Source: Candidatus Binatia bacterium
GTDB taxonomy: Bacteria; Desulfobacterota; Binatia; Bin18
Direction: 5' to 3'
Assembly: GCA_965231765.1 (NCBI GenBank)
Contig: OZ246887.1
Coordinates: 5,203,823 to 5,267,822, forward strand
DNA: 64,000 nt
Made by a program: the position numbers and the translations under genes. Below, piece after piece: positions 48,011 through 58,443 of the stretch (positions are counted from its first letter, which is position 1; each line of letters starts with the position of its first letter). Under the pieces are notes generated by a model. The model had not been told where the DNA came from and did no database searches. It was given only the letters and a program-made list of their open reading frames with translations.

Positions 48011-49348
48011 CTACTCTGCTGGGAGATTCTTTGCCCGGCGCAGGTCGGCCCGGCGCAGGTCGGCCCCGCTCAGGTCGGCCCGGCGCAGGTCGGCCCCGCT
48101 CAGGTCGGCCCGGCGCAGGTCGGTCCCGCTCAGGTCGGCCCCGCTCAGGTTGGCCCGGCGCAGGTCGCCCCGGCGCAGGTCGGCCCCGCTCAGGTTGGCC
48201 CGGCGCAGGTCGCCCCCGCGCAGGTCGGCCCGGCGCAGGTCGGCCTGGCTCAGGTCGGCCCGGCTCAAGTCGGCCCCGCTCAGGGTGGCCTCGCTCAGGG
48301 TGGCCTCGCTCAGAGTGGCCTCGCTCAGGGTGGCCCCGCTCAGGGTGGCCCCGCTCAGGGTGGCCCCGCTCAGGTCGGCCCCGCTCAGGTCGGCCCGGCG
48401 CAGGTTGGCCCCGCTCAGGTCGGCCTGGCTCAGGGTGGCCCAGATCAGGTTGGCCCGGCGCAGGTTGGCCCCACTCAGGGTGGCCTGGCTCAGATTGGCC
48501 CCGCGCAGGGTGGCCTCGCGCAGGGTGGCCCCGCTCAGGTCGGCCCAGATCAGGTTGGCCTCGCTCAGGGTGGCCCCGCTCAGGTCGGCCTGGCTCAGGT
48601 CGGCCCCACTCAGGTTGGCCTGGCTCAGGTCGGCCCGACGCAGGGAGGCCTCGCGCAGTTTGGCCAGGTTCAGGTCGGCCCGGCGCAGGGAGGCCCCGCT
48701 CAGGTCGGCCCGGCGCAGGGTGGCCAGGATCAGGGTGGCCCGGTGCAGGGTGGCCAGGCTCAGGGTGGCCCCGCTCAGGTCGGCCCGGCGCAGGGTGGCC
48801 CCGCTCAGGTCGGCCCCGCTCAGGTCGGCCTCGGGTATGACGACCCCGGCCAAATGCGTGTTGCGTAAATCAAGACGATCATCGCGCCTGTTCGGGCCCG
48901 GTGTTGCCCGCCGGCCAATAACGGTCAGGATCGCTTGGATGTCGGGAGGCGGCTTTTGGGCGGCGTTTGGAGAGAAGTCCCCCTGTCTGGGCGCCCGCTC
49001 TCGGACGTAGGCCGTCAAGGCTTCCAGGATCAGGCCGTGGTCTTGCTCTGAATCTGTGGCCAGCTGGCCCAGGGCCTCAATCCCGCACAATCGGATTGCC
49101 AGGGTGGCATCTGCCAGTTGCGCAATCGCTTGGGGCACATCCGGCTTGTCGCGGCAGCCCGTTACTTGTGCACTCAGCAACGGGGGAACGCACCAGAAGA
49201 GAGCCACCACTACCGCGAGTAGGGAGATGCGCCAGCTGAGGCAGAATGTCTTCACATCAGAGAATGCCATGCTCACCATCATAGCCCGCCCGGGAGCGCC
49301 GCAAAAAAATAATTTCAAGGCGATTCCCCCTTCCTCAGTGAACGTCAA
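48011..49348 (-). CDS. pentapeptide-repeat protein with N-terminal membrane anchor and helical domain
   Basis: More than 50 consecutive A(D/N)LSx pentapeptides (ADLSGADLSGATLRRADLSGATLS...). The N-terminal region has a hydrophobic helix. The true start may be at MMVSMAFSD (49282). Confidence 0.75.
   Translation of the reverse strand: MTFTEEGGIALKLFFCGAPGRAMMVSMAFSDVKTFCLSWRISLLAVVVALFWCVPPLLSAQVTGCRDKPDVPQAIAQLADATLAIRLCGIEALGQLATDSEQDHGLILEALTAYVRERAPRQGDFSPNAAQKPPPDIQAILTVIGRRATPGPNRRDDRLDLRNTHLAGVVIPEADLSGADLSGATLRRADLSGATLSLATLHRATLILATLRRADLSGASLRRADLNLAKLREASLRRADLSQANLSGADLSQADLSGATLSEANLIWADLSGATLREATLRGANLSQATLSGANLRRANLIWATLSQADLSGANLRRADLSGADLSGATLSGATLSGATLSEATLSEATLSEATLSGADLSRADLSQADLRRADLRGGDLRRANLSGADLRRGDLRRANLSGADLSGTDLRRADLSGADLRRADLSGADLRRADLRRAKNLPAE
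48041..48830. repeat. 15-bp-periodic coding repeat (caggtcggccccgct / caggtcggcccggcg variants)
   Basis: The pentapeptide-repeat gene DNA is composed of ~50 tandem degenerate 15-mers. This creates long spurious ORFs in all frames on both strands. Confidence 0.7.
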
Positions 49349-49717
49349 AACTCAAACATTTGAATGCCCGACTCCTATGAAACATAAGGGCAAAACACAA
49401 ATCCGCCATGCATCATAAAAGCATCTGTACTCAAAAAATCTGGAAATACAATACGGCAGAATGCATCGAAAAAGATTTTCTCTCTTCCGCTGGAGGAATA
49501 ATTCTCACTTGCCTGCTTGAACTGACAGGACGAACCCTCACGATGGAAAGCTTTTTAAGGGTAAAAATAAGCTGTGTGACATGAGCCGAGAGGGGATAGC
49601 AGCGTTGGGACCAGAGGGGCTCTAGCTTCGCACAGGAATGTGCTAGGTAGGGAACAGTCAAGATAAGAACAAGATAAGAAAAAAATACGCAAGACGAGCA
49701 AGGAGGCTGTGAGCCGT

Positions 49718-50653
49718 ATGCCTGCATTCAACCTGACCCGACGCGATTTTTTGGTCACCAGTTTAGCGGCTGGGTTTGCGCTCGCCGCACGGCCAGTCTC
49801 GGCCGAGACAATCACCACAGATACCGAAGGGCTGAAAGCCGGTGAGGTCAGCATCCCAACTCCTGATGGACAGATGCCTGCCTACCATGCCCGCCCGGCA
49901 ACGCCTGGCCCGTTTCCAGTGATCTTAGTCGTACAAGAAATATTTGGCGTTCACGAACATATCAAGGACGTCTGCCGGCGCCTTGCCAAGCGTGGTTATC
50001 TGGCTGTCGCACCTGAACTCTACGCTCGCCAGGGAGATGTCTCGACGCTGAGTGATATTCCGGACATCCTCAAGATTGTACGCCAAGTACCGGATGCGCA
50101 AGTCATGCAGGACCTGGATGCGAGCGTGCAGTGGGCGGAGCAGACCAGTCAGGGCAATGGCAGACAGCTCGGCATCACCGGTTTTTGCTGGGGCGGGCGG
50201 ATTGTCTGGTTGTACGCTGCGCATAATCCGCAGCTCAAGGCTGGGGTTGCCTGGTATGGCCGTTTGATTGGGGAAAAGACTCCTCTGGCTCCTCAGCACC
50301 CAGTTGATATTGTGGCCAAGTTGCGTGCCCCGGTACTGGGTCTGTACGGTGGGGCCGATCGTGGCATTCCAGCAGAAAACGTAGAGCAGATGCAGACTGC
50401 GCTCAAGGCGGCCAGCAAATCGGCCGCTGCGTCACAGATTATTGTCTACCCAGACACGCCCCACGGCTTTCACGCTGACTATCGGTCCAGCTATCGGAAG
50501 AAGTCGGCTGAGGATGGCTGGAACCGGATGCAGGTGTGGTTTATGAAAAATGGACTTTCTGTAGACGGGGGTGGGATGCCGTTACCGAAAGAATCACGCC
50601 GGAGTTCCAGGAGGCGCAGTCGGACCAACGAGCGAATGGCTGCGCGAACGTAA
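49718..50653 (+). CDS. dienelactone hydrolase family protein, Tat-exported
   Basis: Tat motif TRRDFLV. DLH core [36 protein letters not shown]...GFCWGG...HGF. ATG 49718 has AGGAGG at the proper spacing. The unusual Arg/Ser-rich C-terminal ~30 aa may reflect a 3' frame problem. Confidence 0.75.
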   Translation: MPAFNLTRRDFLVTSLAAGFALAARPVSAETITTDTEGLKAGEVSIPTPDGQMPAYHARPATPGPFPVILVVQEIFGVHEHIKDVCRRLAKRGYLAVAPELYARQGDVSTLSDIPDILKIVRQVPDAQVMQDLDASVQWAEQTSQGNGRQLGITGFCWGGRIVWLYAAHNPQLKAGVAWYGRLIGEKTPLAPQHPVDIVAKLRAPVLGLYGGADRGIPAENVEQMQTALKAASKSAAASQIIVYPDTPHGFHADYRSSYRKKSAEDGWNRMQVWFMKNGLSVDGGGMPLPKESRRSSRRRSRTNERMAART

Positions 50654-50692
50654 CGCGTCCCGCAGCCATTCAACAAGAGAGGGCAGGGAAGC

Positions 50693-51796
50693 ATGCAAAC
50701 GATCCTCGTGACTGGCGGAGCAGGTTTTATTGGGGCGAATTTTGTCAGATTGGCACTCGCGCAGATGGATGCGCAGGTGGTGGTATGCGACAAACTCACC
50801 TATGCCGGTAGCCTGGACAATCTCGTCGAGATTCAGGAGGACCCTCGGTTCACCTTCGTGCAGGCTGATATTGCTGATCGATCCGCAGTCACCGCCCTGT
50901 ATCGTCAGTACCGCCCGAGCTGGATCGTGAATTTTGCCGCTGAATCGCATGTTGATCGTTCAATTGATGGGCCGCGCATCTTTGTCCAGACGAACGTGCT
51001 TGGAACTTTTGAGCTACTCGAAGCCGCGCGGCTGTATGCCGCGGAACTGGACGCGTCTGCCAAGTCAGGCTTCCGTTTTTTGCACGTCTCAACTGACGAG
51101 GTGTACGGCAGTTTAGGCACCGACGGCTGGTTTACAGAAACGACGCCGTATGCTCCCAATTCTCCGTACTCGGCTTCCAAGGCGGCTGCCGATCATTTTG
51201 TCCAGGCGTATCACGTCACGTATGGTCTGCCGACTTTGTTGACCAACTGTTCCAATAATTATGGCCCGTATCAGTTTCCCGAGAAACTGATTCCATTGAC
51301 CCTCTTGAATGCGATTGAGGGACATCCTGTGCCGATCTATGGCGATGGCAAAAACGTCCGCGACTGGCTATTTGTCGAGGATCATTGTGAAGGCATTCTG
51401 CGTGTGTTGGGCCAAGGGAGCGTTGGGCACAAGTATCATATCGGCGGGCAAAATGAACGGACCAATGTGGAAGTGGTTGACTGCATTTGTGGCGTGCTCG
51501 AGGAATTACTGCCCGCGGCTCAGAACGCTGCTCTGGTCCAACACGGGCTAGCAGGCTACGCTGACCTGAAAACCTTTGTGGCCGATCGGCCGGGGCATGA
51601 CCAGCGCTACGCTGTCGATGCGAGCAGAATCCGACAAGAGCTGGGGTGGCAGCCACAGTACGATTTTCATACTGGTATGAGACGAACAGTTGAGTGGTAT
51701 CTGGCTCATCGCGATTGGTGTACGGCAGTCCAAGCCGGTCAGTATCAGCGCCAGCGGCTCGGGCTGCCGGCCGCTGCTGCTGGCGAAAAGCACTGA
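50693..51796 (+). CDS. rfbB: dTDP-glucose 4,6-dehydratase
   Basis: [16 protein letters not shown], the YSASKAAAD catalytic YxxxK, and [17 protein letters not shown] are present. Confidence 0.85.
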   Translation: MQTILVTGGAGFIGANFVRLALAQMDAQVVVCDKLTYAGSLDNLVEIQEDPRFTFVQADIADRSAVTALYRQYRPSWIVNFAAESHVDRSIDGPRIFVQTNVLGTFELLEAARLYAAELDASAKSGFRFLHVSTDEVYGSLGTDGWFTETTPYAPNSPYSASKAAADHFVQAYHVTYGLPTLLTNCSNNYGPYQFPEKLIPLTLLNAIEGHPVPIYGDGKNVRDWLFVEDHCEGILRVLGQGSVGHKYHIGGQNERTNVEVVDCICGVLEELLPAAQNAALVQHGLAGYADLKTFVADRPGHDQRYAVDASRIRQELGWQPQYDFHTGMRRTVEWYLAHRDWCTAVQAGQYQRQRLGLPAAAAGEKH

Positions 51797-51822
51797 GCTG
51801 GCCTGCGTATGAGGAGCAGGGT

Positions 51823-52692
51823 GTGAAAGGAATTATTCTGGCCGGAGGATCCGGCTCGCGTCTGTATCCTGCCACTCGGGCCGTGAGTAAGCAGCTGATG
51901 CCCGTGTATGACAAACCGATGGTGTATTATCCACTGTCAACACTGATGTTGGCTGGTATTCAAGATATTTTGATTATTACCACCCCGCATGAACAAGCTG
52001 GGTTTCAGAACTTGCTCGGTGATGGCCACAGCCTCGGGCTCAATTTTTCCTACGCTGCCCAGCCACGACCGGAAGGCATTGCCCAGGCGTTTCTGATTGG
52101 CAAGACATTCATTGGCAATGCCGCTGTTGCATTAGCCTTAGGCGACAATATTTTCTATGGCCACGGATTTCCCGACTCCCTGCACCGGGCAACCAGCCAC
52201 TCTGCTGGAGCGACCATCTTTGGCTACTGGGTGCGCGACCCGGAACGCTATGGAGTGGTGGAGTTTGACTCCACAGGTCAGGCCGTGTCATTGGAGGAGA
52301 AACCTGTCCAGCCGCGCTCTCCGTATGCGGTAACCGGTTTGTATTTCTACGATAATGAGGTGGTGGAGATTGCCGCCGGACTCACGCCTTCGGCGCGGGG
52401 TGAGTTAGAGATTACCGATGTCAATCTCGTGTATCTTGAGGCTGGGGCCCTCCACGTTGAGGTCCTTGGGCGCGGTATTGCGTGGCTTGATATGGGGACG
52501 CATGAGTCGCTCCTGCAAGCATCGAATTTTATTCAGGCGGTTGAGGAGCGCCAGGGGCTGAAGATTGCGTGTCTTGAAGAGATTGCCTGGCGAATGGGGT
52601 ATATTGATCAGGACGAAGTCCGGCAGAGTGCTGCGCGCATGGAAAACAGTACGTATGGACAGTATTTGCTGAGCTTGATTGAGCACAAGTGA
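51823..52692 (+). CDS. rfbA: glucose-1-phosphate thymidylyltransferase
   Basis: [48 protein letters not shown] 51823 follows GAGGAGCAGG. Confidence 0.85.
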   Translation: MKGIILAGGSGSRLYPATRAVSKQLMPVYDKPMVYYPLSTLMLAGIQDILIITTPHEQAGFQNLLGDGHSLGLNFSYAAQPRPEGIAQAFLIGKTFIGNAAVALALGDNIFYGHGFPDSLHRATSHSAGATIFGYWVRDPERYGVVEFDSTGQAVSLEEKPVQPRSPYAVTGLYFYDNEVVEIAAGLTPSARGELEITDVNLVYLEAGALHVEVLGRGIAWLDMGTHESLLQASNFIQAVEERQGLKIACLEEIAWRMGYIDQDEVRQSAARMENSTYGQYLLSLIEHK

Positions 52693-52698
52693 GAAACC

Positions 52699-53238
52699 AT
52701 GAAGGTCTTGCCCACTGCGTTGCCAGAGGTTCTGATTATTGAATCGCATGTCTACCAGGATAAGCGCGGTTTTTTTCTCGAAACCTATCATGCGCAGAAA
52801 TATCGTGACGCTGGTATTCCAGAAACCTTTGTGCAGGATAATCATTCCCGTTCGGTTGGTCACACGTTGCGCGGATTACATGCGCAACGCTGCCATCCCC
52901 AAGGCAAGCTCGTGCGCACTGTTCAAGGGGAAATTTTTGATGTGGCGGTAGATATCCGACCGCACTCAAAGACCTTTTGCCACTGGGTCGGTGTGCTATT
53001 GTCTGCACAGAACTTTCGCCAGCTCTATATCCCGCCTGGCTTTGCCCACGGCTTTTGCACGACGAGCGACAGTGCCGAAGTCGAGTATAAATGTACGGAC
53101 TTCTATGATCCGGACGATGAGATTGGGATACGCTGGAATGATCCGCGGATTGGGATTGCGTGGCCGGTTACGGACGCACTCCTGTCTGACAGAGATCGGA
53201 CTGCACCCTCCATCAGTGAAATTCTGCATCTGCTGTAA
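52699..53238 (+). CDS. rfbC: dTDP-4-dehydrorhamnose 3,5-epimerase
   Basis: DKRGFFLETY...LRGLHAQ...QGKLVRTVQGEIFDVAVDIR, RmlC cupin. Confidence 0.85.
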   Translation: MKVLPTALPEVLIIESHVYQDKRGFFLETYHAQKYRDAGIPETFVQDNHSRSVGHTLRGLHAQRCHPQGKLVRTVQGEIFDVAVDIRPHSKTFCHWVGVLLSAQNFRQLYIPPGFAHGFCTTSDSAEVEYKCTDFYDPDDEIGIRWNDPRIGIAWPVTDALLSDRDRTAPSISEILHLL

Positions 53239-53298
53239 GTGCCCTGATTGTGCGGCATGGCATGGATTCAGCCGGAATTGTGATGAAAGCTGGACTGC

Positions 53299-54438
53299 TC
53301 ACTTCCCAATTTGCTGGGCGACAAAATACTCTTGTATAAGGTCTACGACATAACGCTGTTGCTCTTCAGTCAGCTCAGGGTAAATTGGCAGGGCTAAAGA
53401 CTCTTGCGCAGCGGCCTCGGCGTGTGGAAAATCTCCCGGCCGATAATTGAGCTGCTGAAAACACTCCTGGAGATGGAGGGGCACGGGATAATAGATTTCG
53501 GTGCCGACGCCTCGCTCGTTTAAGAAATCGCGGAGCTGGTCACGGTGAGGAACCCGGATATTAAATTGATTATAAATATGGCCAGCAGAATCTTGGGGCA
53601 GGGTGATCCAGTCCAAGAGATCAGCTCGGGTAATCAGATTCCGGTAGCGCGCTGCATTCTCTCGTCGCTTGGCCGTCCACGCCTCCAAATAGGGTAATTT
53701 GACCCGTAGTACGGCTGCCTGCAGGGCATCGAGCCGAAAATTCCCGCCGATCACCGGGTGATAGTACTTCGGTTTGCCGCCGTGAACGCGCAGGCTCCGC
53801 AGGCTGTCGGCCAGTTTTTCATCGCTTGTCACAACCATGCCAGCGTCACCAAAAGCGCCAAGATTTTTGCTTGGAAAAAATGAAAAACACCCCATCGCAC
53901 CAGTCGTGCCAGCCTGATTGCCGTGTGTGTCAGTTGCCCTAATGGCTTGGGCAGCATCCTCAATAATCGGAATATTGCGCTCCTGAGCGAGCGACAGTAA
54001 TTGTGTCAGATCGACACATTGACCATACAAGTGGACGGGAATAATGGCTTTTGTCCTGGCGTTGAGCTTGGCTGGGACAGCTGTCGGGTCAATATTAAAC
54101 GTATTGGGGTTGATGTCGACAAAAACCGGCCGCGCTCCCAACCGAGCCACCACCCCAGCCGTCGCAAAGAAAGAGTAGGGGGTGGTCACGACTTCATCAC
54201 CTGGACCGACTTCGAGCGCCATCAGGGCAACCAGTAAGGCATCGGTGCCGGACGAGACTCCAATCGCAAAACGGGCGCCACACACCTGTGCGAGTTCCTC
54301 CTCTAGGGCGGAGACTTCCGGGCCGAGGATGAAGTGCTGCGATTCACACACGCGGTCAATTGCCGCTCGGATTTCCGACTGAATAGTGACGTACTGGGCT
54401 TTGAGGTCCAAAAGTGGGACTTGGAGTGGAACGTTCAC
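53299..54438 (-). CDS. DegT/DnrJ/EryC1/StrS-family PLP-dependent sugar aminotransferase
   Basis: Family-typical N-terminus (LLDLKAQY...HFILGPEV...[11 protein letters not shown]) and the conserved lysine region ([18 protein letters not shown]). Confidence 0.85.
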   Translation of the reverse strand: MNVPLQVPLLDLKAQYVTIQSEIRAAIDRVCESQHFILGPEVSALEEELAQVCGARFAIGVSSGTDALLVALMALEVGPGDEVVTTPYSFFATAGVVARLGARPVFVDINPNTFNIDPTAVPAKLNARTKAIIPVHLYGQCVDLTQLLSLAQERNIPIIEDAAQAIRATDTHGNQAGTTGAMGCFSFFPSKNLGAFGDAGMVVTSDEKLADSLRSLRVHGGKPKYYHPVIGGNFRLDALQAAVLRVKLPYLEAWTAKRRENAARYRNLITRADLLDWITLPQDSAGHIYNQFNIRVPHRDQLRDFLNERGVGTEIYYPVPLHLQECFQQLNYRPGDFPHAEAAAQESLALPIYPELTEEQQRYVVDLIQEYFVAQQIGK

Positions 54439-54527
54439 AGTGCTGTTAGCCTCCCGTCGCCTTTCTCATAGCGCTTGGGTTCATCACATTCAACGCTGGC
54501 GCTGGACCAAAATGATCGTGCCAGGCG

Positions 54528-57500
54528 CTAATACCGTTGCCGCCAAATAATATCAGCTCCGCTCGACCCTTTTGAACTCGTTGTCGTTCTCAGGTCTATG
54601 TTGGGGCTAATCTCATAATCGATGGCAACTTCTTGGCCAGCTTTTCCGCCCACGCTGTGCGAGGCAGAAATCCGGGTTTTACGATTGAGATTGCGTCCAA
54701 ACCTGACTTGCCCCCCCGAAAAACCAACATCGCTGAGATTTAAGCCGAGACCTAAGTCGAGTTCACTCAAGCCCAGTGCATCTGCCACAGATCGGCCAAT
54801 AGCCGAGGCGGCATAGCCGGTGAGAGACACGGCTTGTTGCTGGAGATTGGCCTGTTCACCTTTGCCGAGTGCGCTGGCAGGCTTGCCAAACAGGAGGACG
54901 GACAAAATATCGGCCTGTTCCAGGGCGGGGTTGCTACGCAGGTCCAGGCTCGGCTCTTCTCTCGTGCCGCTGACCACTGCATCTATGCGGTAGTCCTCAT
55001 GTTCGTACTGAGCCACGATATCGAGTCGAGGGTTAATCTTGGTCCCGCCAGTAAAAGTGATCTTGCCCTGATCCAGCTCGAAGCGGTGACCCTGAAAGCC
55101 GACCCAGCCGCGGGGTAATGCAATAGCCCCGGCAACGCGGGACTCCTCTCCGCGTTTTTTGCTCACATCAAGGTCGCCAGTCAAGGTTATATTGGCGTTC
55201 TGATGCAGGATACGGGTGTTCTGATGCAGGTGGATGGCCAGTTGCATTGCCAGATTGAGAAAAGGGTCCCCTTCAGATGGGGTGGCGGCGGATGTGGTCT
55301 CCGGTGTGGCTTCTGTCATGGGAGGCGCCTCAGCACTCGAACGGACAATAATCGTCTCGTCCCGACTCAGAGGATGGGCTGACAAGAAAGACAGGGCCGG
55401 TTGCAAGGTGGCTTGCCACACATCAACCTGGCCGTTGACTGTGGGAGCCTTGAGAGGCCCTTGGGCTTTGATTTGACTGTCAATTTCAACTTGATATTGG
55501 CGTGTCCAAATCACCGGCCAGTGATCAGCTGTCATGCTGAGGTCTAGTATCTCAGGCTGGTAGTCTTTAAGGGCGAAGGTGGCCTGCGTCTCAAACGTGC
55601 CTTCACGGGCTTTGGCTAACAGCTGCGTGATCTGGATCTGCTCAGGACTGACGGTTCCAGTGAGAGTAATGGGGGCAACCGTGAGGCCCAAAGGTTTGAC
55701 CGTGGCCTGTCCCCCTTTCAGCTCAAACGTGCCGTTGACACGGGGCTTTTCAACCGGGCCGTCGGCTTGTATATCGAGGTGAATCTCGCCCCCAATGTCA
55801 TGCACGGATTTGCCGCTCAGCCCATTCAGAAAGGCAAGACTCAGGCCCTCTGAATGGACATGAAAAGAGGGCTCGCCTACGAGTGCAGACTGAAATCCGT
55901 TTGCCCAACTGAGCGAGATCGGCAAATAGCCCTGTGCCTGGAGGGTGTGGTCCGTATCTTGCTGAAAAGTCAGATCCAGACTGACCTTTTTTTGCTGATA
56001 ATCGATTCTTGTCTTCAGCCCTGCGTAGGCTTGAGACGCAATCTTCAGGGCGTCTAAGCCCGCCTGACCAGATATGGTTGGCGCAGCTGCCGTTCCCGTA
56101 AGCTGAATATCCGCCGAGAAAATGCCACTGACCTCGAGGCCGGGTGGCAGGAAATCTGTGAGGTTATCCAAGAAGAAGTCTGTAATCTGCAACTGTAAAT
56201 CCTGTGGGCCTGTGGTGGCGACCGAGCCGTTCAGCAATATCTGCTGGTTCTGCTGGGCTTGATTCGTCAGGACAAAACGGTCGATGCTCAGCCCGCTTGG
56301 CTGGTGCTGAATCGTGACTGGCCGGGCGAGCTGCCAGGTGCCGATGGGCAAGGCCAAGGACAACTCCTGGAGTTGGGCGTGTATCTGGTCTGCCTGGGCG
56401 AGGACCTCAGCTTGCAAGCGATGGCGGCGCTGAGGGGCTTCTTTCTCTTGGGCCTTGAGGCTGATGTGTACCCGTTGAGTGTCTGCTGTTTGGGCTGGCA
56501 GGAGTTGAATATCTGCATCAACCGATTGCAGCGCCAGGCCGGCATCCAGATCTGTGAGACGAACGCTGACGGTTGCCTGAGGGTGGGCTTGGCCAAGCTC
56601 AGCCGCCTGAAACTGCATAGCGGCATTGGCAAGTGTGAAGCCGGGTAATGTGAGGGCTTTGGCGCGGAGTGTTCCCTCGGTCTGTAAATTGGCCAGACTG
56701 CCCGTCGCCGCGCCTTTGAGCGCGATTTGGCCGGAACCGTCTTGGCCGGCCAAGGCCAGCCAGGGCGTGAGTTGATCGACCTGGAGCGAGTACGACAGCT
56801 GGCCAATCTCTTCAAGGGCAGTGCCGAGTTCGCCCTCAATACTGACTGACGCATCTGGGGTAATGAGGGTGCCTTCAGACAGGTGAATACGGCCATTTGC
56901 AATCTGAGCAATAAACCGCCCATGTGTGACCTGTACGGGGCCGACCGTAGACGGCTGAATAGTGAGATCGGCCTGTGTATGCATACTTGGCAGGTCAAAT
57001 CCTGTTCCCTGGACCGTGCCGGATACGTTGAGTTCTCCGCCAAGAGATTCCTGCCCAGCAACAACTTTCTGCAAGGACAGATGGTCAGCGGCAAAGCTCA
57101 GGTCATAGCGGGGGGGCTCTGGCAGAGCAAGCGTGGCCTGCCATGTTGCGTGGCCGACACTGCCTGTCAGCTCTCCGCTCAGCGTGGCCATCTCGTGCGC
57201 AATGGAACCCTGGACTGATACTGTCCCCAGCCGCATATCTGCCACTTGCAGCCCGCTGATAGCGAGGTCGGTTGTGGCTTCTAAGGACGGGAAAGAAGCG
57301 CCGACTCCGCGTGCCTGGAGCGTGCCGTCGACAACCGCCCGCACGTCGCCGACATCGCGGATGAGTTGCGGGATATCAAGCTGGGTGAGAGAGACTGTCG
57401 CCTGATAGGTTTGATACGCCTGATCGTCTTGATTCAGGTTTGCCTGTGCCTTGACCTGAATAGTAGCGTCGGCGGTTTTGATCAGCCCAGTCGTATGCAG

Positions 57501-58418
57501 ATCGCCGAGTGGGCCCGTCACCTGTATATGGCCAACAATATCATGTTTGAGCGGCACATCAGGGGCCAGCTGGAGAATATCGACTAAGGCCAATTTTTCG
57601 AGCGTCAGTTCGAGATGTGTGTCCAGCTTGGTCTGGGGCATATCCAGGTTGTTGACGCTGCCTGTCAGCTGGAGTTGGGATGCGTCTGTTTCCAGCCGAA
57701 GATGCTCAATCTGGGCCGAGGGCGGAGTCGCGGTGTTCTGATAGCTGGCTGCTACGGCTAGACTGACAGGCGGCAGGCCCTGAGCCAATGCCCGCAAGGA
57801 AAAATTGCGAACAGTCGCTTTGAGACCCGCTGGCACGATATCAAGCTGGGCGTCGAGGTCGATGTCTTCCAGCTGGTAGGCGTGATCCGGCCGGCGAAAG
57901 GACATGGCGCCAGCCTGTATTTTAAGGCTTTCCAAGGCGATGACCAGACTTGATTGGCTGGTTTCTTCCTCTTCGGGTGTATCTTCTGTTTCTCCCGTTT
58001 CTCCCGTTTCTTCTTGCGTTCGCGGCGACACGGCTTCGAGGATATTCAAGTTTCCCTGGGCATCCTGCTCAAGATGAATAACCGGCTTCAGCAACGTAAT
58101 CTGTGATACCTCAACCCGTCCGTCGAATAGCGGCCGGAGATTATAGCGCGCAATCACTTGAGGGATATGGACAAGCGTTTCCCCATCGTGTTCCAGGCCG
58201 ACATTGTCCAGGATGAGAGAGCCCCAGAGTGTCCCTTCAATCCGCTCCAGGCTGATTGTTCCGGTCAGAGTTTCATTCAAGGTGCCCACAACTTGGTCAC
58301 GGGCCAGTGCCCGAAACTGTTGTGTTTGTAGGAACAGCAAACCGCCACCCACCAGCAAGACCAGCCCAACAACAAAGAGGAGAGCACTCCAGCGGACTAT
58401 TTTCCAGACTGTTTTCAT
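54528..58418 (-). CDS. tamB: translocation and assembly module subunit TamB (AsmA-like/DUF490)
   Basis: 1296 aa. N-terminal TM anchor. Long repetitive beta-rich body. C-terminal DUF490-like region. Lies immediately downstream of the Omp85 gene. Confidence 0.8.
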   Translation of the reverse strand: MKTVWKIVRWSALLFVVGLVLLVGGGLLFLQTQQFRALARDQVVGTLNETLTGTISLERIEGTLWGSLILDNVGLEHDGETLVHIPQVIARYNLRPLFDGRVEVSQITLLKPVIHLEQDAQGNLNILEAVSPRTQEETGETGETEDTPEEEETSQSSLVIALESLKIQAGAMSFRRPDHAYQLEDIDLDAQLDIVPAGLKATVRNFSLRALAQGLPPVSLAVAASYQNTATPPSAQIEHLRLETDASQLQLTGSVNNLDMPQTKLDTHLELTLEKLALVDILQLAPDVPLKHDIVGHIQVTGPLGDLHTTGLIKTADATIQVKAQANLNQDDQAYQTYQATVSLTQLDIPQLIRDVGDVRAVVDGTLQARGVGASFPSLEATTDLAISGLQVADMRLGTVSVQGSIAHEMATLSGELTGSVGHATWQATLALPEPPRYDLSFAADHLSLQKVVAGQESLGGELNVSGTVQGTGFDLPSMHTQADLTIQPSTVGPVQVTHGRFIAQIANGRIHLSEGTLITPDASVSIEGELGTALEEIGQLSYSLQVDQLTPWLALAGQDGSGQIALKGAATGSLANLQTEGTLRAKALTLPGFTLANAAMQFQAAELGQAHPQATVSVRLTDLDAGLALQSVDADIQLLPAQTADTQRVHISLKAQEKEAPQRRHRLQAEVLAQADQIHAQLQELSLALPIGTWQLARPVTIQHQPSGLSIDRFVLTNQAQQNQQILLNGSVATTGPQDLQLQITDFFLDNLTDFLPPGLEVSGIFSADIQLTGTAAAPTISGQAGLDALKIASQAYAGLKTRIDYQQKKVSLDLTFQQDTDHTLQAQGYLPISLSWANGFQSALVGEPSFHVHSEGLSLAFLNGLSGKSVHDIGGEIHLDIQADGPVEKPRVNGTFELKGGQATVKPLGLTVAPITLTGTVSPEQIQITQLLAKAREGTFETQATFALKDYQPEILDLSMTADHWPVIWTRQYQVEIDSQIKAQGPLKAPTVNGQVDVWQATLQPALSFLSAHPLSRDETIIVRSSAEAPPMTEATPETTSAATPSEGDPFLNLAMQLAIHLHQNTRILHQNANITLTGDLDVSKKRGEESRVAGAIALPRGWVGFQGHRFELDQGKITFTGGTKINPRLDIVAQYEHEDYRIDAVVSGTREEPSLDLRSNPALEQADILSVLLFGKPASALGKGEQANLQQQAVSLTGYAASAIGRSVADALGLSELDLGLGLNLSDVGFSGGQVRFGRNLNRKTRISASHSVGGKAGQEVAIDYEISPNIDLRTTTSSKGSSGADIIWRQRY

Positions 58419-58443
58419 CTAATCCTCCGCGTGAGCCCGTCTC

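Noticed and set aside
48041-48830. Possible CRISPR-like periodicity
   Set aside because: The period is 15 bp with no spacer-repeat alternation, and the region is protein-coding (pentapeptide repeats). No CRISPR array is present anywhere in the window.
47978-49010. Long plus-strand ORFs encoding (AQVGP)n, Arg-rich (RRRSP..), and Gly/Trp/Pro-rich (GWPRSG) repeats
   Set aside because: These are antisense or alternate-frame readings of the 15-bp periodic pentapeptide-repeat gene on the minus strand. Only the A(D/N)LSG frame matches a known protein family.
50593-50653. Arg/Ser-rich C-terminal tail of the dienelactone hydrolase
   Set aside because: This is not a separate feature. It is possibly a genuine extension or a local frameshift, which cannot be resolved without reads or homologues.
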